Assembly (NCBI GenBank): GCA_963765205.1
Contig: CAVXVB010000007.1
Location: forward strand, 32,001 to 96,000
Length of the DNA: 64,000 nucleotides
Direction of reading: 5' to 3'
Source: an uncultured Verrucomicrobiae bacterium
GTDB taxonomy: Bacteria; Verrucomicrobiota; Verrucomicrobiia; Opitutales; JABDGR01
Made by a program: the position numbers and the translations under genes. This document shows, piece by piece, positions 28,718 to 39,084 of this stretch. The first letter of the stretch is position 1; every line of letters begins with the position of its first letter. Below the pieces are notes generated by a model. The model searched no databases and had not been told where the DNA came from. It saw nothing but the letters and a program-made list of their open reading frames with translations.

Positions 28718-30661
28718 ATGAACTTACCCCGTCCATCTACTTTTCTCTCGTTCGCAGTAGCGCTTTGCCTCGCCTCGCCCGCCTTTGCGCAACCCGCTGG
28801 AACACCATCGAACGTCCCAGCCGTGTCCAACCATTCCCCGACTTTTTTCGGCCCCTCCTCGCAAGCCGTCCTGGTCGGCGCGACCGCCACTTTTTCCGCC
28901 GGCCCCATCGGCCAGAGCGACACTACTTACCAATGGGCCTTCAACGGCCAGCCCCTCGTTGACGGCGGCAACATCTCCGGCGCGAAAGCCAGCAAGCTCA
29001 AGATTGCCAACGCCCAGCCTGCCAACGACGGAGTCTATACCGTTACGATTACTTCGCCCGCCCTCAACGGCCCGCTGCACAGCTCGCCCGCGGTGCTCGC
29101 CGTTTCCTCCCAAACCCTGCCCGCGCAACCCAGCGGCCTTCCCCTGAATATTTTCAGCGTGACCGACTACCACGCCCTCGGCGATGGCGTGGCCGACGAC
29201 ACCGCCGCCATCCAGGTCGCCATCAATGCCGCGCGCGACGCGGGCGGCGGTTTAGTTCTCGTTCCTCCCGGCACGTATCTGTGCGGCCCGCTCACGCTCT
29301 ACGGCAAAATCAATTTTCAAATCGAAGGCACCCTACGCCTCTTCCCGCTCGCCCATTTCGGCGCGCGCGGCGCGGGTGCGGCCATGATCTCCGCCAACAA
29401 TGCCGCCGACCTCGTCATTAGCGGCCACGGTACGATTGACGGCCAGGGCGCGGATTGGTGGGCCGCGTTTCGCAGCGGCAACATCGCCCGCCCCTACCTC
29501 GTCCGCCTCTCCGGCAGCTCACGCGTGCTCCTCGAAGACATCACGCTGAAGAATTCGCCGATGTTTCACGTCGCCTTCAGCGGCAACGGCTCGAACCTCA
29601 CCGCGCTCAACCTCACCATCCAGTCGCCCGCCACCTCCCCCAACACTGATGGCATTGACCCCTCCGGCCAGCATATCTACATCGCGCACTGCAACATCTC
29701 CGTGGGCGACGACAACATCGCCGTCAAAGGCAGCAGCGTCCATTGCGCCGACATCATTGTCACCAACTGCACGTTTGGCGATGGCCACGGCCTCTCCATC
29801 GGCGGGCAGACCAATGCCGGCGTCGAAGACATGGTGGCGACCAATTGCACCTTCACCAACACCACCAGCGGCATTCGTGTGAAGGCAGACCCAACCCAGG
29901 GCGGCCTCGCCCAGAACATCAGCTATTCCAACATGACGATGACGAACGTGCAGTATCCCATTGTCATTTACAGTTATTACATTCGTGTCGGCAACCCCGG
30001 CGTCGCCAGCGGCAACAACTATATCACCCCCACCCGCGTCGCGCAGGACAACGCGAGCATCGCGGCGGACAACGGCTTCGTGAATTTCTTCGTCACGCAG
30101 GCCACTGGCACGGTGCGCAACCGCCAGGCCAACGCCATCCCCGTCTGGCGCAACCTCACCTTCCGCAACATCACCTCGACGGGCGGGCGGGGTTATAACG
30201 TCATCTGGGGCCTGCCGGGCTATCCGGTCGAAAACGTCCTGTTCGACAACGTCCACTTCTCCGGCGAATACGGCTTCGAGATTTACGACGCGGCCAATAT
30301 CCAGTTCACCGGCAACTCCAGCGTCACCACTGCCAAGAGCAAGCCCTTCATCGTCGGTTATCCCGACGGCGATCCTGATGCCAGCCATGTCACCAACTCC
30401 CTCGTCCTCACCGCCGAACCCGCGAGCCAGACCGTGCAACCCGGCGATGCCGTGGAATTCGTCGTCACCGCCGCCGCCTCGCCCGCGCCCACCTACCAAT
30501 GGTTCAAAAACGCCGCGCCCCTTCCCGGCGCGACCAACGCGCAATTAAAAATTGCCAACGCCCAAGCCGCGGACGCCGGCGACTACACCGTCACCGTCAC
30601 CAATTCCGTCGGCGCGGCCACTTCCACCCCGGCAACCCTTACCGTGGGCAAAGGCAAATGA
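28718..30661 (+). CDS. Secreted GH28 polygalacturonase flanked by two Ig-like domains
   Basis: 'NTDG', 'GDD', 'GHG.SIG', 'RVK' catalytic motifs; two 'YQW...L.I.NAQ..D.G.Y' domains. Confidence 0.9.
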   Translation: MNLPRPSTFLSFAVALCLASPAFAQPAGTPSNVPAVSNHSPTFFGPSSQAVLVGATATFSAGPIGQSDTTYQWAFNGQPLVDGGNISGAKASKLKIANAQPANDGVYTVTITSPALNGPLHSSPAVLAVSSQTLPAQPSGLPLNIFSVTDYHALGDGVADDTAAIQVAINAARDAGGGLVLVPPGTYLCGPLTLYGKINFQIEGTLRLFPLAHFGARGAGAAMISANNAADLVISGHGTIDGQGADWWAAFRSGNIARPYLVRLSGSSRVLLEDITLKNSPMFHVAFSGNGSNLTALNLTIQSPATSPNTDGIDPSGQHIYIAHCNISVGDDNIAVKGSSVHCADIIVTNCTFGDGHGLSIGGQTNAGVEDMVATNCTFTNTTSGIRVKADPTQGGLAQNISYSNMTMTNVQYPIVIYSYYIRVGNPGVASGNNYITPTRVAQDNASIAADNGFVNFFVTQATGTVRNRQANAIPVWRNLTFRNITSTGGRGYNVIWGLPGYPVENVLFDNVHFSGEYGFEIYDAANIQFTGNSSVTTAKSKPFIVGYPDGDPDASHVTNSLVLTAEPASQTVQPGDAVEFVVTAAASPAPTYQWFKNAAPLPGATNAQLKIANAQAADAGDYTVTVTNSVGAATSTPATLTVGKGK

Positions 30662-30709
30662 GATGAGGCAGCAGCAGATGCCATATGAGCTTGGAGAACT
30701 TCAAGCAAT

Positions 30710-31042
30710 TTAAAGAATCTCCAGAAAATTCAATTGAGCATTTCGCTCCAATTCCAACAATAAATCCGCATTTTTCCGCAACAGAGCCTCAACTTCGGGC
30801 GTGGTGGCATTGCCGCATCGAAGCCAGATGAGTTTTGGCGGAGACCCCTATAACCGGCTGCGTTCGGCGAAATCCGCGTCTTGGGAAACCACGGTGAAGC
30901 CGTGTTCCTTGGCATAATTCCAGATTTGCCCATCGTCAGCCTGATCCAACCCCAGCAATCGCACATGCGACGACGCGGGAAATAAATCCACCAGCCGTTT
31001 GACAAGCAAGTGGCTGAGGTTTTGATCAAACAAAAGTTTCAC
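30710..31042 (-). pseudogene. DUF5615 PIN-like (VapC45-type) toxin with in-frame TAG at 30848-30850
   Basis: 'MKLLFDQNLS...SQDADF...SRL*GSPPKLIWLRCGN...LEIL*'; frame continues for 45 codons after the stop. Confidence 0.85.
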
Positions 31043-31263
31043 GATGACGTGCTGACGAGATGGTGCTCGCGGTCGGCGGCATAGGCCAGCGCCGCGCGAA
31101 TATCCTCCACCGTCAATTCCGGAAAGTCGTGCATGATTTGCTCGTTGCTCATGCCGGCGGCCAGCCAGCCCAGAATATCATAAACGCTGATCCGCATCCC
31201 GCGGATGCACGGTCGGCCCCCGCGCTTGCCAGCTTCAATAGTGATGATATCGCGGTAGTTCAT
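31039..31263 (-). CDS. DUF433 antitoxin
   Basis: 'GKRGGRPCIRGMRISVYDIL...DFPELT.EDIRAAL.YAA'; 4-nt overlap with the toxin gene. Confidence 0.92.
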   Translation of the reverse strand: MNYRDIITIEAGKRGGRPCIRGMRISVYDILGWLAAGMSNEQIMHDFPELTVEDIRAALAYAADREHHLVSTSS

Positions 31264-31486
31264 GGCTCTAGAACCTATCTCAAATTCGATTTTATGCAGA
31301 AATTTGACCCATTTTTATGGATCCTGGAAAGCGGCTTCCCTCTAGCGCGTTATCCGAGGTTGGTAGAAAATGGGTAGATTTTTGCTTGTTCGTCAAATTT
31401 GAGATAGGTTCTAATCTAATCAAATTCAAACTAAGCTCAACACCAATTCGGCGCTCTGACACGAGTCTGTCGCCTCGGCCATGTCC

Positions 31487-31858
31487 TCACGCATTTTGCC
31501 CGTCCATTTCATCCGGCTGTGCAGGACGGACATGCTTTCTTGATCCTTCATCACAGGCGCCAAATTCCATATAATTTTTCCGCGCTTGCTCAAGACTGAG
31601 CAAACCATTGGGGCCGCCGCGCACAGTCTTGGCATCCTGTTCGGCTTGCCCGTCATCTTCCCAAAAGCATACCGGGCATATTTCGAACCCGCCACGTTGG
31701 GACAGCGTTAAAAACTTGCAGCATGGACAGGCGTAGCGAATGCCAGTTTTTGCCTCTCTGTATACTGAATTTTCCTCGAGTTGTTTGCAATAGGCCTCAA
31801 ACCAACGCCGTCGCTGGCCAAGCTCTTTCGGCGAGGGATTGAGATCGTCTGTTTGCAT
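31487..31858 (-). CDS. Cysteine-rich CPCC-domain protein
   Basis: 'CPCC..LTL...GGFEICPVCFWEDDG...GGPN..LSL.QAR.NY..FGAC'. Confidence 0.85.
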   Translation of the reverse strand: MQTDDLNPSPKELGQRRRWFEAYCKQLEENSVYREAKTGIRYACPCCKFLTLSQRGGFEICPVCFWEDDGQAEQDAKTVRGGPNGLLSLEQARKNYMEFGACDEGSRKHVRPAQPDEMDGQNA

Positions 31859-31982
31859 ATACAATCGCTTCGGAACGTTTAAGCGAACCCGGCATGAATG
31901 CATTCCATCGCATGCCCACCCTATTCACAAGGCTGAAAACCGCTTCGGTCGGACAGTCGCGTTTGCCCATTCCATATTTGCC

Positions 31983-34547
31983 TCACAAACTCTCCAAATC
32001 CTTCAAAATCTCGCGCGGGCTGGAGCCGTTTTCGGGGCCGACGATTCCCTCGGCCTCCAGAATTTCCATGATGCGCGCGGCGCGGTTGTAGCCGATTTTC
32101 AAGCGGCGCTGCAGCATCGAGGTCGAGGCCCGCTTGGTCGAACGCAGCACGTCGAGCGCCTGCGGGACCAATTTGTCGTCCCAGTCCTCGTCGTCCGGGT
32201 CGCCGCCCTCGCCGTCCTCGTCGCCGCCCGTCTCGATCTGCGCCTGCACGTCGTCGTCGTATTCCGGGTCGCCGTTGCACTTGAGGAATTCGACAATCTG
32301 CGTGATTTCCTCGTCGGACACAAAGGCGCCCTGCGCGCGCACCAAATTCGCCGAGCCGGGCGGCACAAACAGCATGTCGCCGCGCCCAATCAGCGCGTCA
32401 GCCCCGCCCGTGTCCAAAATCGTGCGCGAGTCCACTTTCGACGCGACCTTGAACGCGATGCGGCAGGGCAGGTTCGCCTTGATGATGCCGGTGATGACGT
32501 TGACGCTCGGCCGCTGGGTGGCCAAAATCAAGTGGATGCCGGCGGCGCGCGCGAGTTGCGCGAGGCGCGCCACGCACGTCTCGATGTCCGCCGGCGCCGC
32601 CATCATCAAGTCGGCCAGCTCGTCAATGATGCAGACGATATACGGCAGTTTTTCCTTTTTAATTTCAATCACATCCGCGTCGCGCGGCACGGCTAGGTCG
32701 CGCGCCGCCGCGCGTTCCTCGGGGGAAAGTTCGGCGTCGAGCTCCTCGGCTTTTTTCTGGGACCGGTCGTCCGGCACGATTTTCGCGTTGAAGCCCGCGA
32801 TGTTGCGCGCGCCCACCTGCGCGAACATCTTGTAGCGCCGCTCCATCTCGCGGATTAAATATTTCAGCGCGGCGGGGACTTTTTTCGGGTCGGTGACGAC
32901 GGGCACGAGCATGTGCGGCAAACTGTCGTAGCCCTGCATCTCGACGATTTTCGGGTCCACCATGATGAAGCGCAGGTCCTTCGCCGTCATCTTGAACAGC
33001 AGCGACGCGATGATGGCGTTGATGCAGACGGTCTTGCCCGCGCCGGTCGAGCCGGCGATGAGCGCGTGGGGCATTTTGGTCAAATCCACCACCATCGGCT
33101 TGCCCGTCACGTCCTTGCCCAGCACGATGGGAATTTCGGCGGTGGATTCATTCCAGGCCCGCGACTCGATGATCTCGCGCAGGCACACGCCCGCCGGCGT
33201 GCGGTTCGGCACCTCAATGCCCACCGTGCCTTTGCCGGGCACCGGCGCGATGATGCGCACGCCCTCCGCCTTCAAGGCCAGCGCGAGGTTTTTGTCGAGG
33301 TTGACGATTTTCTCGACGCGCACGCCCGGCGCCGGCACCACTTCATAGCGCGTGATCACCGGCCCGGTGTAAATATCGCTATATTGCACCTTGACACCGA
33401 ATTCCGAGAGCGTCTGCACCAGTTGCTCCGCGCGCTGCCGGTGGAACTCCGCGCTGTCAATCTGTCGCGCCTGCGGCGGGGCCAGCAACGACAACGGCGG
33501 GAAAACATAATCGCCCCGCTTCTGTGGCGGCGCGGGCGCGGCCTTCTCGACCTTTTCCTCGGCGATGATTTTTGGCCCCTCGCGTTCCTTCGCCGCGCGC
33601 GCGGCTTTCAACTTCGCCGCCGCGTCGCGCCCGCCGAGGATTTTGATCTCCTCCGGCGTGAGCGCGTGCCCCTCGGCCACGCCGTCATTGAACAATGTGG
33701 GCTGGGATGCCTTGAACGTCCCGTGGCCCTTTGGCGCGTCCACCCCACGCTCTTCCGCAGAGGGCGGGCTGGCGGGCGCGGCAGGTTTGGCCACCACCGC
33801 GAGCGCTGCGGCCTTGGCCGCCGTGTCCGCCAATTCGCGCGCCTTCTGCTTTTCCTGCTCGGCGCGGAGTGCCTTCGCGCTGGCCGCGCGCTGGGTGCGC
33901 CAGCCCATCCACGCCTGTAGCCACCATTCCAACGACTGCCCCGGGTGCTCGGTAAAAATCAAGACCAGGCAAACCACATAAGCCAAGCCCAGCACAATCA
34001 AACTCCCCGCGCGCCCCAGCGGCTGCGCCAGCCCGCTCCCATAGACCAAATCGCCCAGCGCGCCGCCGTAGCCATTATGCAGGTAATTTGAGGCCTGCCC
34101 ACCCGTCTCATGATACACCATATCCGCCAGGCCCGCGCCCGCCGCCAGCGCCAGCGCCATTAACACAAACTTCCACCACCGCACCAGGTGCGCCCGCTGG
34201 CCAAAAAACAAATAGGCCAGCCAGAGCGCAAAGGCTGGCGCGAGGAACATGCCGGGAAAGCCAGTCAGTCGATTCGTCAGCGCCGCATACGTTGCGCCGA
34301 CGGTGCCGGCGACTTTGTTGGGCACGCCGGCGGTGCCATCGGCCAGGTCGGACAGCCAGGAGGATAGATACACCGTCTGCCCCGGATGGTAGCTGAGGCA
34401 CGCCAGCACGGCAAACACGCCCGCCGCCAGGCAGACCAGCCCCCAAAACGGACGCACGGGCGAGCGCCGCGGCGCAAAAACCGTTGTTTCCTTCGGCTTC
34501 GCCTCCACGCGGGAACCATCCAAGTGCTTGTTTTTTTGGCCAAACAT
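31983..34547 (-). CDS. ftsK: DNA translocase FtsK
   Basis: N-terminal TMs; 'AGSTGAGKT', 'DELADLMM', 'ATQRPSV', gamma domain 'LQRRLKIGYNRAAR'. Confidence 0.96.
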   Translation of the reverse strand: MFGQKNKHLDGSRVEAKPKETTVFAPRRSPVRPFWGLVCLAAGVFAVLACLSYHPGQTVYLSSWLSDLADGTAGVPNKVAGTVGATYAALTNRLTGFPGMFLAPAFALWLAYLFFGQRAHLVRWWKFVLMALALAAGAGLADMVYHETGGQASNYLHNGYGGALGDLVYGSGLAQPLGRAGSLIVLGLAYVVCLVLIFTEHPGQSLEWWLQAWMGWRTQRAASAKALRAEQEKQKARELADTAAKAAALAVVAKPAAPASPPSAEERGVDAPKGHGTFKASQPTLFNDGVAEGHALTPEEIKILGGRDAAAKLKAARAAKEREGPKIIAEEKVEKAAPAPPQKRGDYVFPPLSLLAPPQARQIDSAEFHRQRAEQLVQTLSEFGVKVQYSDIYTGPVITRYEVVPAPGVRVEKIVNLDKNLALALKAEGVRIIAPVPGKGTVGIEVPNRTPAGVCLREIIESRAWNESTAEIPIVLGKDVTGKPMVVDLTKMPHALIAGSTGAGKTVCINAIIASLLFKMTAKDLRFIMVDPKIVEMQGYDSLPHMLVPVVTDPKKVPAALKYLIREMERRYKMFAQVGARNIAGFNAKIVPDDRSQKKAEELDAELSPEERAAARDLAVPRDADVIEIKKEKLPYIVCIIDELADLMMAAPADIETCVARLAQLARAAGIHLILATQRPSVNVITGIIKANLPCRIAFKVASKVDSRTILDTGGADALIGRGDMLFVPPGSANLVRAQGAFVSDEEITQIVEFLKCNGDPEYDDDVQAQIETGGDEDGEGGDPDDEDWDDKLVPQALDVLRSTKRASTSMLQRRLKIGYNRAARIMEILEAEGIVGPENGSSPREILKDLESL

Positions 34548-34674
34548 AAATGGTAAAATTGCCCAGCGGGCCGTCCCCATGATGGTGGAACGACCGGCTG
34601 TTTTCACATTACGCGAATTTTGCGATTCAGCAATTCAACAATCGCGCCAAGAGGGCGGATTTTTGAAAAACGGA

Positions 34675-34747
34675 GCATGGTAGGGACGGCTCACCGAGCC
34701 GTCCGCGGGTCCCGCTGAAGCGGGAGAGTGGCGTCCCTACCCCATGC
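34675..34747. repeat. GTAG-type REP-like palindrome
   Basis: ggtagggacggctcaccgagccgtcc...cgtccctacc; a related copy lies inside uvrA at 39993-40019. Confidence 0.75.
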
Positions 34748-34756
34748 CTTTTCAGT

Positions 34757-36115
<1,359 letters not shown>

Positions 36116-36151
36116 TCAAAATTATTCTCGTCGGCCGCCGCCGCCACTCCA

Positions 36152-37981
36152 TCACTTCAGTTCGTCGCCAATCAGGGTGTCGGCCGTTTGCAGGGAGTGA
36201 AATTGATCCCGCAGGGCGCCGATGGTTTGGTTGTTCTTCTCAATTTGATCCTTGATCGTGTTTTTTTCATCCGTGGATATCTGGCCGCTGACCAGGCGCT
36301 CTTCCAAGTTTACGTTGGCTTGTTGCAGGGCCGTAATGCGGTCGTTGAAATTGTTGGCGATCTCCGCCCGATTGCGGGTAATTTCGGCCTGATCCTTGCC
36401 GATTAGATTCTGCATAAACCCTTTTTGCTCGTTGGGCAAATCTGTAGACGCAAGGTCTATATTTAACTGGTCGATTTTTTTCTGGTCGTCAATCATCGTC
36501 TGGAACAACGTCTTAACTATGGGTGGTAGTGGCGGTGGCGCCACCTCCTGCTTGAGGGTTTTTGGCAGCGTGTTCAAAAAGGCCTGATCCGTGGCGGCCA
36601 GCTTGGCCACGTCGTAATCGTAGGTCTTCCCGTCCGGCAGCAGGGAAAACTTCACCGTCGTCCGGGTCTGGCCCAGCACCGACACCTGCTGGCTCCGGCC
36701 GCTACTGTCCGTCAAGGTGCAACTAAAGGGATAAGTGATCTGCAGGGTGTCCGGATACAGCCGCAGCAAATCCTGATCCGCGTCCGGCAGCGTGCTCATC
36801 AGGCCATAATGCGCCTCGCCCTTCGTCAACGCGTCGTTCACCGCGGCGGCGTCATCCGTGGGCGTCTTTTCATCCGCTCCCAGCACAAGATATTGAAATA
36901 GGTCCTTGCTGCGGGCCGTAATCTCCACGAGCAGCGTTTTGCCCGCCTGGTCAATCCGCGTCCAGCGCAGGGGAAATTGATCCTGCAGCGAAGCCGGCAG
37001 CGCATTGACAAAATCCTGCTCGACCGGCGTAAGCTTGCTGAGGGGCTTCATCTGTTCGTTGCTGTCCGTCGCCAGGGAGTATTTAACCAGGTCCGTGGAG
37101 TGGCCCAGAATTTTCACCGCGACGGCATTTCCCTGCGCATCCTTGAAGGTATAATCCACCGGATACTTGACCGTGATCTGCTGTTCAGGCAGCGACTCGA
37201 TCACTTCCTGATCCACGGCGGGCAACAGCTTGACCGCCGCCAGATGCTCGCTTCCGTCCGCCACCACCGTGTATCTGACCAGGGCTGCATCCCGCCCCAA
37301 AATCTCCACCGGCGTGCGGTTCCCCGCCGCATCCACGAAAAAATAATCGAACGGACAGGTGATCGTCAGGCCGCTTGGCAGCGCATCCACGACCGCCCGT
37401 TCCATCGTCGGCAAATCAGTCAGCGGCAAATAATGCATGACCTGATCCGCGGTGGTCTTGTATTGCAGGAGAAAATCATTGCGGCCCAGCAGGCTCACCG
37501 ATTGCGCGTTGCCCCGCGCGTCCTTGAGCATGTAGTTGAGCGGCAGCACCAACGCCGACCTCGCCAGTTTCCGCGCGAACGCCTGATCCTCGTCCGATAG
37601 TAGCGCAATCGGATACAGTTCCTTCGTGCCGTCGCCAAGCAGCGTGAGCTTGAGGAGGTTGCCCAGCCGCGCCTCCAGCCGCACCGGCAGCACCTTCCCC
37701 TCCTGCGTGGTCAATGTCCGCTCCTGCGGCAGCCGGTATTGCCAGACATAATGATAATAGCTCCACCCGCCCGCGACCACGGCCAACAGGAATACCATCA
37801 ATTTAAACCAAACCTTCGTCCAAAATGGCGGGGCTGGCTCTGGCGCGCGATACATGGGCCGGTAGGCGATGGGCGTGGCGGTCGCCCGCGTCATGGACCC
37901 CAGCAACAACGCGGCCGGCGGCATCGTGCGGGGCTCCGGATCCGGACCGGGCTCCGGGCCTAGTGGGGTAAGATCATCCAT
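36152..37981 (-). CDS. Membrane-anchored protein with six tandem SHD1-like repeats and a C-terminal coiled coil
   Basis: Repeats of about 63 aa: 'YTFKDAQG..V.ILG...V.Y....D......L...DQ.F...LP'. Confidence 0.75.
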   Translation of the reverse strand: MDDLTPLGPEPGPDPEPRTMPPAALLLGSMTRATATPIAYRPMYRAPEPAPPFWTKVWFKLMVFLLAVVAGGWSYYHYVWQYRLPQERTLTTQEGKVLPVRLEARLGNLLKLTLLGDGTKELYPIALLSDEDQAFARKLARSALVLPLNYMLKDARGNAQSVSLLGRNDFLLQYKTTADQVMHYLPLTDLPTMERAVVDALPSGLTITCPFDYFFVDAAGNRTPVEILGRDAALVRYTVVADGSEHLAAVKLLPAVDQEVIESLPEQQITVKYPVDYTFKDAQGNAVAVKILGHSTDLVKYSLATDSNEQMKPLSKLTPVEQDFVNALPASLQDQFPLRWTRIDQAGKTLLVEITARSKDLFQYLVLGADEKTPTDDAAAVNDALTKGEAHYGLMSTLPDADQDLLRLYPDTLQITYPFSCTLTDSSGRSQQVSVLGQTRTTVKFSLLPDGKTYDYDVAKLAATDQAFLNTLPKTLKQEVAPPPLPPIVKTLFQTMIDDQKKIDQLNIDLASTDLPNEQKGFMQNLIGKDQAEITRNRAEIANNFNDRITALQQANVNLEERLVSGQISTDEKNTIKDQIEKNNQTIGALRDQFHSLQTADTLIGDELK

Positions 37982-38210
37982 AACCGGAATGATGTTTGGA
38001 AAGGCAAAATACGGCCCCAAATTTGGGATTACACAATCCTAACTTCCTTTGAATTAACATCTACGCAATTCATTCCATTGTCAAGGACGCTCTGTGCATA
38101 GATTGAACCCATCGCGAGGACATAGCAGCCTGGAATTAATTCTGTCCAATAATCCTTCTTTGCGTCCTTTGCTCCTTGGCGGTGAAAAGCCTTGGGTTCC
38201 CCAACCCGCC

Positions 38211-38969
38211 CTAAATTTTTCGCAGCAAGCTCCTGGCCCGCCGTACCCAAACGCGGTCGCGTTTGCGCTGGAAGGGCGCCGCATACGCGTCGTCGGCAAT
38301 GACACTTTTCAATTCCACGCGGGCGGGTTCCGGCTGGTTCATCGCGATATAGATTTCAGCGAGCTGCACCTGGGCGCGCGGATAGGAGTGGTTTTTATTC
38401 ACCGCTTGCCAGAGCTTCAGCGCGGCGTCGGATTTGCCCAGCGCGGTCATGGTTTCCGCCAGCGCCATCATGGTGTAGCCGTAATCGTGGTTCGGGTTTT
38501 CGGCAATGACGCCCTCGAGGAGCGGGCGTGCCTCGGCGGGCCGTTTCAACCGCAGCAGGCACTGGCCCAAATGCGCGCGCGTGGCCAGGTCCTCCGGCTC
38601 GCGCTCCAACGCCGCGCGATAGCAGGCTTCGGCCTGCGTGAGTTTGCCTTGCTGGAAGTAAATGTCGCCCAGTTGCGAATGATGATACGCCTTGTCCAGA
38701 TGGTGGATTTGCGACTGCAATTCCTTGATGCGCCGCCGGTCATACGAGCCCGGCAGCTCAAATCCCTGCGTCGTCGAAACCGACCCGCGGAAAACCAGGA
38801 AGAAATACAGCAGGGTGCATAAACCGGGGAAAATCAGCATCAGGACCAGCCACAGCCACTCCCCGCGCCGCGCGGCGTCCACCACCATCCAAAGCTCGAA
38901 CAAGGCCAGCAGCAGGAACAGCGGATTATGCAGCCACGCCCCCGATAAAATGTAAAAAAGCCAAGACAT
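38211..38969 (-). CDS. TPR-repeat membrane protein
   Basis: Two N-terminal TMs; TPR pattern 'LGDIYFQQG...AEACYRAAL'. Confidence 0.8.
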   Translation of the reverse strand: MSWLFYILSGAWLHNPLFLLLALFELWMVVDAARRGEWLWLVLMLIFPGLCTLLYFFLVFRGSVSTTQGFELPGSYDRRRIKELQSQIHHLDKAYHHSQLGDIYFQQGKLTQAEACYRAALEREPEDLATRAHLGQCLLRLKRPAEARPLLEGVIAENPNHDYGYTMMALAETMTALGKSDAALKLWQAVNKNHSYPRAQVQLAEIYIAMNQPEPARVELKSVIADDAYAAPFQRKRDRVWVRRARSLLRKI

Positions 38970-39084
38970 CAGACACATTAGCGTGCGAGATTTCCGCCGT
39001 TTGGCAACGAAAGTTTCTCAAGGCTGGCGATGGCCCGCGACACGAAGTCCGTTCCTCTTTTGGCTATTTCATAATTCATAATTC

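Noticed and set aside
17066..30661. PL4, sulfatase and GH28 as one polysaccharide utilisation locus
   Set aside because: They are separated by unrelated core genes, with no transporter or dedicated regulator.
30848..30850. Amber stop-codon recoding
   Set aside because: TAG ends other genes normally (for example at 1160 and 28666), and this is the only internal case seen.
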